Source: Octopus vulgaris | Lineage: Eukaryota | Length of the DNA: 64,000 bases | Direction of reading: 5' to 3' | NCBI GenBank assembly: GCA_951406725.2 | Contig: OX597834.1 | Span: forward strand, 1,984,001 to 2,048,000 | Made by a program: the position numbers and the translations under genes | Notes under the pieces: generated by a model | Told to the model about the DNA's origin: nothing | Database searches by the model: none | What the model saw: only the letters and a program-made list of their open reading frames with translations | In this document: positions 1 to 12,440 of the stretch, piece by piece | Layout: each line of letters opens with the position of its first letter | How positions within the stretch are numbered: position 1 is the first letter of the stretch

Positions 1-915
1 GTTCAGTAATAACACCCTTCGCTTCTGCCTGGGACTCATTCTCACATGATAAGCACATCTCACGTGACTGGCCACACCCCCTTTATTTCTTCTTCTTTTT
101 TTGTATTTTGGGCCTCCACCAGCTCTGTGTGTGTGTGTGTGTGTGTGTGTCGCTTGTTCCTTCTTTTCTAAATATCTTCATTCTATTATATATGAAGTTA
201 CAAAATGGGGCGTTTTTCAGTTTAAATGGAAGTTTGTATCCACGTGTGTGTGTGTGTGCATACTATATGTGGGTTTATTAATACGGAGTTTGTCTATATC
301 TTCATATTCTTTAGCATTATTCTATGTGTGTGTGTGTTATTGATATATTCAGTGCACAAACTATTTAGTAGATAATTTGAAATGTAATGGAAATTATGTG
401 GTTAAGAGTTTTACTTCTCAACCTCATGGTTTCAGGCACCTTGATCAAGTTTCTTCTATGACTCAGGTCTGGTCAAAGCCTTGTGAGTGAATGTGGTTGA
501 TGGAAGCTGAAAGATAGATATGTGTATGTATGTATGTATATATATATATATATATATATATTGTGTGTGTTTGTCTCTCCTTGTCTTGAATCTCGCATGA
601 CAGTTGTCTTCCTGAAAACATGTCTGGTCATGGAGAAATATTACCTTGCTTGAAAACAGGTGAGGTTAAGCAACAGGAAGTGCATCTGGCTGTAGAAAGT
701 CTACCACAGTGAACATCATTGAATCCATGCAAGCATGGGGAAATGGTCATTACAGTGATGGCAATTATAATGTGAAATGTAATTTTTTTTTCCCTGTGGA
801 CAGAAAAAAAAAAAAAGATTGATCCAATAAAGTTTCAGTTATTTTTCTATTTTCATCACAGAATGGACATCTCTTTTTTGTGTTCATAAAGAGGTTAATA
901 GTTTCTGCTTGTTTA

Positions 916-1297
916 TCTCTCTCTATATAAACGGCAGTTTGTCTGTGCGTGTTTCTGTGTGTCTGTTTGCTTGTACCCTCACCCTGACCACGGCTTTCAA
1001 CCGATTCTGATGAAACTTGACACACTCATAGCCCAATGTCATAATTCAAAACTAACGCAGCGAAAATTTTGAAAAGTTCCCCCAGTTCTGAAAAAAATCG
1101 ATAAATTCGACATGGGGTCGAGAATCAGAAACACAAACCACAAACTGTCTAGGGGACGCAACTCCACCTTTTTTAACTCTCAAAAAATTTACCATCATTA
1201 TTTTCCATTTTTTTGCTATTTTTTGGCTATAACTCTCTAAAAATGCTTTATAGTTATTTCCCTTACAAACCTGAGCAACGCCGGGCGATACTGCTAG
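916..1297 (+). mobile_element. Non-autonomous Helitron, copy A
   Basis: A|TC start, CTAG|T end, subterminal GC hairpin CCTGAGCAACGCCGGG; near-identical copy at 30048-30420. Confidence 0.8.
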
Positions 1298-2149
1298 TAG
1301 TAAATACAAACCAAAACTCATCAAAACCAAGTTTCATTAACAAGAAATAATATAGCTTGTATTAATAATAAACCATAAATTTTATGTGTATATCACCCCC
1401 AACCCATATACACAGTTCTTAATAAATTTGTACATTTATGTGTGTTTATATATACATACATACGTACTATGCATGAAGATTAGTGTCATTCTTTACATTT
1501 TCAGATTGGTTGGCACACTACCCCTCCCTCCCCGTGTACTCCGCTCCACTGAATCCTTCCCGGACTTTCCACACTAATACACTCATTCTCAGTCCCACTT
1601 GCCATATACCCTCACCCCTCATTCCCTCCTCTCAGGGGCTCCTGGTTGATGAAGAGTCCTCTTCTGGTTTCCTCATATCTCTTTCTTTTTCTGTGCCTCC
1701 TGCCATCACTGCCATAGGATCTGTCACTGTCTGAGAGCAGCAACTTGCATGTGGTAGATGTGGACTCTGTTGGTTGTAGGGAAGGCAACCTATTTAAGAG
1801 AGAAGACACTTCTTGCTGACAGACAAGCTCTCTAGTGTTTTGTGGTTTGCTAAATTGCACCCAATTCCTGCTATTAATTCAGTGGGTAATTGGAAGGGTA
1901 GCCAGCTTGTTTGGCGCAACACACATTCATGTCGAACTCATGCAAAACTCCAATTGTATTTACGGGACTAACACTGAGTGTTTGTGCTGCACACAGTAGT
2001 GGGGTGATTAGGTGGAAACATCTGGCTATGTGTGAGAATTTCTTCATCATCATTAAGTGATTGTACATTCCCTTTCAGGTGCAGAAAACAAAGGTATCGA
2101 GCATCAACCCTCCCTCCATGGGAGATCCCCCTCCTCCTCTCAGATAGAA

Positions 2150-3255
2150 ACTTCAGGGCTGTCTTTATTAATATTGACCCAGTGACAGGTAAATCTTGTG
2201 GGATTATAGAGATGCTAGAGTGGCGGTCGGTAGGTGTGTGCTGTGTACAAGAGGTGAGATGGAAAGGCGCTTCAGCCAGACCTTCATGGGTAAAGAACTG
2301 CATTAAAAATTCTTCTGAGAAGGGAGCAATGTTGGTTTATGTGGGCTAGACTCATTAGTAGACAGATAATGTGATTGAACTATCTAGAATATGTGACAGA
2401 ATAGTTAAACTTAGATACAAACAATAGTTATCTTTATGTTGTACAATCAGGACTAACTGATGAGTGAAAAGACTTTTAACGAAGCCCTGTGTTGCAAACC
2501 ACCTCAATAATAAATAAGACACATCATTATCTTAGTTATAATGGCTACTCTAGACTACATGGTGGATTTTGCTAGGGTTCTAGGAATGAGGAGGGATAGA
2601 GGCTACTGGAGTTCTGTGATACAGAATGAACTAACCATTTGCAAAGACAAATTTCAGGAAACCAACCAACCATTTGGTCACCTTCCAATCAGGTAAACAT
2701 TCAACCCAGGAATTGGATTGGGCAGGTGGTTGCAAATACAAAGTTCTCCAGTGAAGAATGTACCACCGAGCATAGAATACTGATTAGTGACTTTAGAATA
2801 AGAGATTGACTGAGTGGCAAAAGAGAGTGTGGAGAAGAAAGGCAAGCAGGAGGAGGAAGAGATAGAAATCTATAGAGAACAACTGGAAGTTTCTATAAGA
2901 TAACCCAGTGAAAACCATAAACTACATCAGTGGCTGGAGCATGGCACCAGCTAGATGGAGGGTCACCTGGAGGAGGGGTAGCATTGTGAATAGAGCCATA
3001 AAGGCCAAAGATGGTCCTGGAAAGAATAGAAGAAAGAAGGTGGCTAAGAGGATTGCCATGTCTCTAAAAAGAGAAGAGTTAGATGAGGACAAGTGTAAAG
3101 AGGATGCAAATAGACTGAAAGATGGAGGTTTGTCAGTGTTTGTGGCAGGAGAATTTGAGGTGTTCCAGATTGCAAAGTGGTGTCAGCAAGACAGACTATG
3201 ATATTATTTGGGGAAATGCTTCGTATGATTGTGACACACTTTCCCTAATTGAGAA
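2150..3255 (+). mobile_element. Decayed RTE-clade LINE, AP endonuclease region
   Basis: VTGKSCGIIEMLEWRSVGVCCVQEVRWKGASAR (QE motif), later RLLEFCD-like and CTTEHRILISDF motifs; many stops and frameshifts. Confidence 0.8.
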
Positions 3256-3264
3256 TGAAGAGGA

Positions 3265-4260
3265 GGACAGCTGGATACTGGTGTACATTGACAAGAAGAG
3301 GGTTTAGCTATGGGTTCACCATTATCACTGATAATAGCTAATATATACAAGGAATACTTTGAGAATTTGGCTTTAGGATCAACACCACTAAAACCAACAC
3401 TATGGCTGTGATATGTTGATGGCACCTTCATACTCTGGCCCCACCAGGAAGATGTCCAAGTACTGTCAGATCATGTGAACTCAATAAAGCCATCCATACA
3501 GTTCACAATGGAAAAAGAAAAAACCAATCAGCTGGCATTCCTGGATGTATTAATAACACACACCAAGTATGGATTCAGGACATTCGTATACCACAAGCTA
3601 ACTTTCATTGGATGATACCTCAATTTCAACTCCCACCATCCATACAGTGTAAAGAGAGGGATTGCTCAGGGCCTAAAACAGTGAGCAATGAATATAAGCA
3701 GCGATCATGATACACACCATGAAGAAATGATCAAGCTCAATAACGATCTGTTAAGGAACAACTACCCCAAAAGTATACTATCCACTCCAATTAGGAAGAA
3801 AAGAGAGGATGAAACCGATAAACTGTCCACAGTCTGTCTACCCCATGGGAAAGGCCTCTCCGAAAAGATACAAAAGATATGCGACCCATATGACATCAGA
3901 ACAGTATTCAAGAGTAATACAACACTTCGCAAATATCTCCTTTGAGTAAAATCATCAATAGAAGAGAATATAACCAAAGACTGCGTGTACTCCATCCCAT
4001 GCAGCTGTGGTAGGTTATACAAAGGCGAAACATGCCACCCCCTCAAAATAAGGGTAGAGGAGCATTGCAAAGCTGTGACACGGGGAGATGTTGATAAACC
4101 AGGTATAGCTGATCATGTATGGGAAAATGGAGAGCACCTCCCCCTGTGGGATGAAGTTGAAATAATAGGCAGAGAACACCACTGGAAAATACGGAAACTA
4201 AAAGAAGCAGCACATATGCAAGGACACAACATCCTCCTAAGCAGACCAGGAGAATATTAG
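3265..4260 (+). mobile_element. Penelope-like element remnant: RT C-terminus + GIY-YIG endonuclease
   Basis: GLAMGSPLSLIIANIYKEYFE, WL*YVDGTF, IQFTMEKEKTNQLAFLDVLI, VYSIPCSCGRLYKGET...IRVEEH...KLKEA; several stops. Confidence 0.9.
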
Positions 4261-4553
4261 ATTTATAAGCCCTATAATTCACTCCATAATTGCCCACGGG
4301 CATATGGCGTAATGCTTAAGTGCACGGGCTACTAACCCCAAGATTCCAAGTTCAATTCCAGGCAGTGACCACATTGAAAAATACTTTAGGAATGAGAACC
4401 CAGGTTTGAATCAGCCGTAACATTGTGTTAACAACAAACAAGATGAGGAAAAATTGGTCCATCAATTGTAAATGTTTGCTATTGCACTTGTCTCACAAGA
4501 TGGGTTTAATAGTAAAATAATAGCAACAGTTATACTGACAAAATGCTTTCCAT

Positions 4554-4698
4554 TAACCCTTTAGCATATTAGGCCCAAATATCCAATCTGTTTTATGTTT
4601 AAACAGCTCAGATCCTGTTATTCTTAAAATACACAATTACATCATTGAAATCTCAAAGCTACAAGATAATGCAGAGTAATCTGGATGTTAAAGGGTGA
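4554..4698 (+). mobile_element. piggyBac-like MITE
   Basis: TTAA-CCCTTTAGCAT...ATGTTAAAGGG-TGAA termini; related fragments near 13320-13710, 40750-40920, 45480-45690, 56980-57075. Confidence 0.55.
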
Positions 4699-4699
4699 A

Positions 4700-5600
4700 G
4701 GATACGAAATCAGGGAAAGTATCTGGGGCAGTTCCTGGTGTAATGAAAAAGGGCTAAAGCTAATTAATATAACCAACCAGGTAATATGGGGAGGTGTCAT
4801 ACCTAATAACTGGTGTAATCCTCCACTGATATCAAACTGATGGGTCAGGTAGGGAAATTAACAGAATTTGTCCTACATTGGAGACAATGGCTAGAGAAGT
4901 TCCTGGCTTCTCAGCCTCCTATTTCTTTCATGTAGAAGAAAGCCTTTGACAGAATGCCACAATCTCTATTGTGTGATGGTTACTAACAAAACTAAAAGTT
5001 GATGAATGGCTGGTGAGAGCAGCCCAAGCCATGTACAGAGATAGTCAAAGTGTGGGTTAGCCATGAGTTCAGTGAGGAATTTAGTGCCAATAGGTGTCCA
5101 TCTGAGTTCAGTTCTTAACCTCCTCCTCCTCACAGTTTCCTAGGCCATAACAATGTCTTTTTAAGACCAGTTGTCTGTAATAACTCTGATATGTTGATGG
5201 TTGAGTTCTTATAGAAGAAACTATGCAAGATTCACAAAAGAAATTCCAAACGGAAATGATAGTGAATGAAGGGGCCTCGGAGTAAACTTAGCAAAGATAA
5301 GGTTTTAGTAAATAGGAAAGAAGTCAGGACTCTGTTAGTATCAGGGAAATGGCTACGGTCAGTAAGAAGAAAAGAAATTGGTAGACATTCCATATGGCGT
5401 GCCCAAGGTGAACAAAACAAGGTATAGTGGAATGAAAGGCAAGCTGACAATGAGTAAAGACTTTGTGGTAGGTGTAGAGGAATAGGGAGCTGGCTGGGCA
5501 TCAGTAAAATAGATTCCAGGGGGGAGGGTATGCTGGGATCATAGTAGAGAAAATTCAGGGACCACAAGGGGCTTCTGAAAGATGAATTGTGCAATACTGT
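4700..5600 (+). mobile_element. Decayed RTE-clade LINE, reverse transcriptase region (continuation of 2150-3255)
   Basis: VIPNNWC, KAFDRMP, LTKLKVDEWLVRAAQAMYRD and a degenerate YADD-like YVDG. Confidence 0.7.
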
Positions 5601-5849
5601 GTTGCTGATGGGCAGTGAATACAAAGGAGGTGGGAAAGATGTTGAGCTATTTATAGCTAGTTAGCTATGAAGTCCTGCGTTAGCCCATCATAAGTTATTA
5701 AGGCCTTAAGCTCCTCAGTTGTCTGAAGCCCATAAGAGGGAAATTAAGAATCTTTGTCAATGAAAATAAATTCATAATCAACCCAACTGTTGAGATATTT
5801 ATTTTTGAGTTTTGCATGGCAGCTTGAAGTCCTTGCTTTCAGATAAAGC

Positions 5850-6290
5850 AGGAACCCAACCGTTATGATGACATTTGGAACTGTTGCAAGGGACAGACCT
5901 GAACATAAATACAGTTGAGTATTTGAACATCCTCAACCAAGATCTGATGCCAGGAATTACAAAACCTTAACATCTGCATAGGGTCATGTCTGTCCATGAG
6001 TTTGCACCAACACAGCAAGATGATTCAAAGTGTGTTTCAAGGCGTAAACATTCCACCGTTTGTCTCCGAGGACAGTTGGTCATTTATCTTACCTGATCTA
6101 AATCCCTGTAACTTTTAGTTGTGGAGTGTCATAGAGGACAAGTCCACCTCAACACCACACAGCATTGTCACTGTACCAAATTGTGCCATGAGGAAGGCAC
6201 AACTGTTGTGGCCATTCCCTTCCCTATTCAGTCAGTTCCGTTGGATGGAGGATGGATTGAATGTCTTGTGACAAATCAGGTTTCAGGTTT
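5850..6290 (+). mobile_element. Tc1/mariner transposase remnant
   Basis: WSFILPDLNPCNF*LWSVIEDK resembles the WPPxSPDLNPxDxxLW motif. Confidence 0.6.
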
Positions 6291-7533
6291 CTATCTTTTT
6301 GTTTACCTTAGTTACAGGATTAGAAAGCTCCTCAACACAAACGGCCTCTATTCAAACTGTCCATCCACAAATGCGGGTGTGCGTATTTACATATGTTTCT
6401 ACAGACATTTAAACCATGCATAGACACACATGGCCTAATGTATATCATTTGTGCTGATTCTATTTCATTTGTAGTTTTGTTGTGCTTTTTGTAGTAAAGA
6501 AATTACTATTATTAACATCATCGTCAACAGCAGCAGCAGCATTATCTTGGCTTGTGTGAGTGGATGGTGGGTTTCTTTTCTTTTCTTCTTTGCTGTTGTT
6601 AACAACAATTCACTGTTGTCTCCTGTAAAAGTCTTCTCTTGGCTGTTGCTACCTCGTTGCTGTGCTGCAGCAGCAGTTGTGGTGGTGGTCGTGGTTGGGG
6701 TTGGGGTTGATTGTTAGACATTTCTCTGATACATTGTCGTCATATTGTGGCATCTGTTAAAGCCAACTGTTCAACAGAAGAGATGGGGGGAGGGCGCCCC
6801 TGGGAGGGAATTAGCAAACAGTAACAAATGTATCCAGGGACACCAGTCTTTGGTGATGTCATAGTAAGATTGGTACTGTTAGTAGTTGTAATAGTACTGA
6901 TGTCTGTAGTGGTCATGTTGTAGTAGCTGTCCTGTAATACACATGTAATACCCACCATACTATCACACATACACACATTTCTTCCACCCTGGATAGAGAG
7001 AGGTTTTCTACCCCCATCAAACTACTCTTCAATCCACCACCCAGCCATCAACATCTTTCTCTGCCATTTCACTGCTGCTATTTAACCATCGGTCAACTAT
7101 GACCACTCAACATAGGAATAGTGTATCTGAGATCATAGTAGTCAGTGTGTCCTTAATTTAGTTAACAGTATAGTCTGAGGGAGATATAGCTGTTGTTTCT
7201 AACAGCTCTAGTGACTGCATAATATGCCTTTACTGTTGTTGCTGCTACTGCTACTATTACTACTATTTCGTTGATTAAACGAAATTCAATTAGTCACTTA
7301 ATTTTGCTTGATTTCTCTCATTGTCAGCTGATGCAGTGTTAAAGTGCAGCAGACTCCACCCCCACCCCTCTGTCAAACTATGTTCTTTGCTTGTGTCTGG
7401 TGTAATGTGTATGCAGATGTACCTGTGTGTGTGTGTGTGTGTGTGCATGCGCGTGTGCTTCCTGGTTAACTCTTTTGCAGTTGTGTGGCATGGATTTGTC
7501 TTAGGCACACAAAAAGAAACAACTAAATATATA

Positions 7534-7568
<35 letters not shown>

Positions 7569-7858
7569 GAAAGCATGCAGCCCATGGTTAGAGTGTTGCA
7601 CTTGTAATTTGTGAGATTATAGTTTCAGCTCCCAGACTGGCAGTGTGCTGTGTTGTTGAGCAAAACACTTCATTTCATATTGCCACAGTCCACTTGGCTG
7701 TAAATAGGGAACCCTGCAATGAACTGATGTTCCATTCAGCAGGGAATGTTAGCCTCTCTGCCTAACTAGTGGGGTGGCATCATTCGAAAGCTACAACATG
7801 AAGTGCATTGTAATCAGTGGTATATAACAACATGCGATACTTCTGGTTGATGCACTCA

Positions 7859-7897
<39 letters not shown>

Positions 7898-7901
7898 ATA
7901 T

Positions 7902-8340
7902 AAGGTGGCAAGCTTTCAGAATCGTTAGCATGCTGGATGAAATGCTTAGTGTATTTTGCCCCTCACTATGTTCTGAGTTCAAATTCTGCTGAGGTCGACT
8001 TTACTTTTCATCCTTTCAGGGTTGATAAATTAAGAACCAGTTTAACACTGGGGTCGATGAAATCAACTTATCCCGTCTCCCAACATTGCTACCCTTGTGG
8101 CAGAATTTGAAACCATTATTATTGTTATATAAGGTGGCAAGCTAGCAGAATTGTTATCATGCTGGGCGAAATGCTTAGCAGTTTTTCATCTGTCGCTAAG
8201 TTCTGAGTTCAAATTCTGCTGAGGTCAATTTTGCTTTTCATCCTTTCGGGGTCAGTAAAGTAACAGTTGAACACCGGGGTCAATGGGATCGACTCATCCT
8301 CTCCCCCAAAATTGCTGCCCTTGTGGCAAAACTTGAAATA
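7902..8340 (+). mobile_element. Tandem pair of tRNA-derived SINEs (family 1)
   Basis: AGGTGGCAAGCT..GAATCGTTAGCA..GAGTTCAAATTC..TTTCATCCTTTC..GGGGTCGA, (ATT)n tails. Confidence 0.85.
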
Positions 8341-9564
8341 ATTATTATTATTATTATTATTATAATATATAATAAGCATTTTATGTGTGTGTATGTCTTA
8401 TTGTTATCTATAAATAAACATCAATAAATGATAAATGATATAGACACACACACACACACACACACAAAACGCTTATTTCAAAGTTGACGGTCTACTCTGA
8501 GTTTTGCCCTCAGCTAAGCTGTCCACGGCTGTTACAATGTTTGCAATATGTGAAATATATTATTGATATACTTTACTACTGCTATATTATTGATAAATAT
8601 CAAAATATATATTTGCTTTTGTGTCATAATCTGATTTGATACCTGTTCTCTGCTCATTTATGCTTTTCTTCTGTTTCACACACACATTTTTGTCTTACGA
8701 CCTTATCTTCGGTATCATTATTATTTCCATTATTTTGTGTCTTGCTACTAGTTTATTAAGCGACTGATAATCACAACCTGATCCTATTTCCAATTCACAT
8801 CGACTGAGGCTTTGAATGTAACCTTAGAAACAACATTTCTATCACTAGCAACAACTTGCCCTCACCGTTAACTAGTCGGTCATATCGGCTCATTATATAA
8901 CCAAACCTATGACTCAGTTATACTGCTTGCTTATTATATACAATAGCTACGTGAAAATATACACCATACTTCTACTCAGGCTTTTCTCTATTGAGTGCTT
9001 CTTTTATTAATCTTTGTCTTTATGTAAATTTAGAGATAAAAACACAAGTGTGTATGTGTGTGAAAGACAATATAAAATCAAGTCTAGAATGAATGGTGCT
9101 AGGTATGTTTTTGCTTTTCTTTTTTCTTGTTTCATTTGGATGCTTATAATGTACAATTTCATTAATACACACACCCAGGGCATTACACAGTTTCTTCACT
9201 TTTGGTTAGTTTATGATGATGATATATATATATATATATATTGTGTGTGTGTGTGTATTAAACAGACAGCAAATATTTTTTAAATCATTATTTAGATTTT
9301 TGGAAATTATCTGTTTTTAATTTCTTTTGATGATGATGATGACTTTGGATATGAAATCTGCTTCAGCTCTGAAGAAACTGGGACCATTTTTTAAAAAGAT
9401 TCAAATATATGTTTAACATTTTGTAAAAAAAATTTTTAATTCTGTAGGAACAAAAGTTTAAATCCCATCAAAGAGAAAGACAAGTGTATCATAAGGCTGA
9501 CAACATTGGTTGTGTCTGGTTGATAAAATAGACATAGTCGTGGAAGATTGTTATTATTATTGTT

Positions 9565-10555
9565 AAGATGGCAAGCTGGCAGAATTGTTAGCAGATTGGG
9601 TAAAATGCTTTACAGCATTTCTTCCAACTTTACATTCTGAGTTCAAATTCCACCAGTGTCAACTTTCATCGTTTGAGGATTGATGAAACACAAGTACCAG
9701 TCATGCACTGGGCGGTCAATGTAATCAGCTGGCATCCCCCCCCCCTAAATTTTAGGCCTTCTGCCAATCATAGAAAGGAACATTATTCTCTCTATTATAG
9801 ACTTTCGGGGCTTGAAATTTTGCAGTGGGGTGTAAGTTTATTACATTGACCCCAGTGCATGACTGGTACTTGTTTTATTGACCCTGAAAGGAGGAAAGGC
9901 AAAGTCTACATTGGCATAATTTGAACTCAGAATGGCAGAATTGTTACCATACCAGACCAAATACTTAGTGCCAGTTCCTCACCTCCTGAGTTCAAATGCT
10001 GCCAAAGTCAACTTTGTTTTTCACCTTTTTATGGATTAATAAACTACCAAGAACTGGGATTGATGTAATCAACTCCTCCTTTCCCCCTGAAATTGCAGGC
10101 CTTGTGCCAAAATTTGAAACCATCATAAAACGGTTTGCCGAATTGTTCGTGTGCGTCGAGAAGAAAACAATTAGGAGTATTTCTTCTGACTTTTTACATT
10201 TGGAGCTCAAATGCTGCTGGGTGTCACTTTGCCTTTCAAGCCTATTGGGGTCAGTAAAATAAAATACCAGTTGAGCACTGGGGCTGATGTAGTTGACTTG
10301 CTCTTCCTCTTGAAATTGATGGCTTTTTTCTCAAATTTGAAACCCTTATTATTATTATTATTATTATGGTGGCTAGCTGCTGGACAAAATGCTTAGCAGT
10401 ATTTTGCCCATCACCACGTTCTCAGTTCAAATTCTGCCTAGGTCAACTTTACCTTTGATCCTTTCGGGGTCAATAAGTCGAGTACTGGGGTTGATGTAAT
10501 CAACTACCCCACCTCCAAATTTCAGGCCTTGTGCCTGTAATAGAAAGGATTATTA
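9565..10555. mobile_element. Cluster of about five family 1 SINE copies, one inverted
   Basis: Repeated GAGTTCAAAT / CATCCTTT / TACCAG motifs; reverse copy at about 9810-9930; further reverse copies at 11300-11670. Confidence 0.8.
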
Positions 10556-10905
10556 TTTATTCAGTAGTCTTATTTTTATCATGTGCTTTCACTGCACTAC
10601 CAAGCACAGCTCTGTGTGCCTTGGGTATGTGCTGTAGTCTGCTGTGGTGCTCTTCTTTTTACTGTATTGAAAGTGTTTTATGTAGGATGTGTGCAGTGCC
10701 TCGAAGTGCCATATTCTGTGGGTTGTATACACTTGTAAGCCCTGGTGATTTTGTTATGTCTGAATGTTTTTTTGTTACCATACCTGATGCGCCTGCTCTG
10801 ATAGGAATTCTTTCTGTTTTTAAGCTCCACATTCGAGTTGCCCCTAAAGAAACATTGTCATCTGTTGGTGTTGATACATTGATTAAAAAGCATTTATATT
10901 CTGGT
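10555..10905 (-). mobile_element. R4/Dong-like RLE non-LTR retrotransposon 3' end
   Basis: KCFLINVSTPTDDNVS...RMWSLKTERIPIRAGASG...QNMALRGTAHILHKTL; ends at an (ATT)n run. Confidence 0.7.
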
Positions 10906-11899
10906 GGCAGAACCATTAGCATGCTGGACTAGTGCCATTTCGTTTGTCCTTTTTGTTCTCAATTCCAATTTGTAACCCATTTCTCTACCAGTTTATTGAG
11001 AGTATTGATGATATTGTTTACGTTGAGGTGTTCTAATGAATAAATAAATAAATAAGATGCTGTTTACTTCCCAATTTTTTTTTTTACCTTATTCTATTAA
11101 TAACTGACATTACTCACATCAACTAAAATCTTAATCCCCTCTTTCTCTCTCTCTTTTTTATCTTTTAATCCCTTAATCTGCTGGATTTAATCATTTACTG
11201 TCTCATCAAAAACCTTTCATCTTTTCCAACATGATGCTGGTGATTAATATTAAAATAAAAAATATTAAAAACAATAATAATAATATTATAATAATAAATG
11301 ATTCTTTCTAATTTTGGCACAAAGCCAGCAACTTCGAAGGTGGTGGGGGGGATCGATTACGTTGACCCCAGAGTGCAACTGCTGATTGTTGACCTAAAAG
11401 GATGAAAGGTAAAGCCAACTTTGTTGGAACAGAAAACCAGAAGAAATGCCACTTAGCCATTTTGTCCAGCAGTCCTTTGTACAAGGCCTAAAATTTTGAG
11501 GGGAGGGGCTAGTTGCTTATACCAACCCCAGTACTTCTTTTATCATCTCCATAAGGGATGAATGGCAAAGTTGACCTCAGTGGTGTTTGAACTCAGAATA
11601 TAAAGATGAACAAAATGCTGCTAGACATTTTGTCCAATGCGCTATTGACTCTGCCAGCTCACCACATAAATGATAATGATAATAATAATAATAATAATAA
11701 TAATGGTCCCCCCCCCACCCATCAATTTCAAAGTATGAGTGTTTGAAGGAAGGGCTTTAAAAAAAAAATTAAAAGAAGCTGCATCTGTTTGTGATGGATG
11801 TGTGTGAGTCCGTACCTGGATTTTGCTATGGAGTCACAATGGGAACACTGATGAATTTGATTTAGCCTGGAATTGGACAAATGTGTCCGGTGCTTGCAG

Positions 11900-12440
11900 G
11901 ATATAATTCTTTTATTATTTCTTCAACTCAGATTGTTTAGATGCATCATGACACATTCTATGCCACTCAGATCAATCTCAGCAATAACATTCCCAAGATG
12001 TTAAATGGCACTGTAAGGATTTTAGTGACTGTTTCAACTTACCCTTATACCTAAGGATGGGTCTTCCCTTTACTCCAGAACCCCTCCACTTGTTGGCCAT
12101 ACAAAAAAATTTTCAGAATGTGATCATCTTTCGTTTGAACAACATGTCCTGCCCATCTGCTCTGTTTTCTCAACAGCATGCTTTTGATAAAGGAAATATC
12201 ACATTTCCTAAAAGTTTTGACATTTGATCTCTTACCATGATGATGATGCAAAGCTGGAAGCACCATTAACATAAAGAGCTGAAGACAGTTCTGAGTGGTT
12301 GGCCATTAGTGAAATCTAATTCTTACAGTTTTACATGGAAGTCTGAACAAAGTTTCCTGTTGTCAAAGTCTGTTGATGCTGTTGTCCTTGATGAAGCAGA
12401 TCTGTAATCAAAGCATTCCCATCACGACCATCTCATATTG
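11900..12440 (-). mobile_element. RTE LINE C-terminal fragment
   Basis: SMLLRKQSRWAGHVVQTKDDHILKIFLYGQ. Confidence 0.75.

Noticed and set aside
1612-1860. Basic Arg/Lys-rich minus strand ORF
   Set aside because: No recognisable domain or splice support; lies just upstream of the RTE remnant and may be its 5' region
2458-2472. CTGATGAGTGAAA hammerhead-like core
   Set aside because: No room for stem II and no stems I/III; lies within LINE coding remnant
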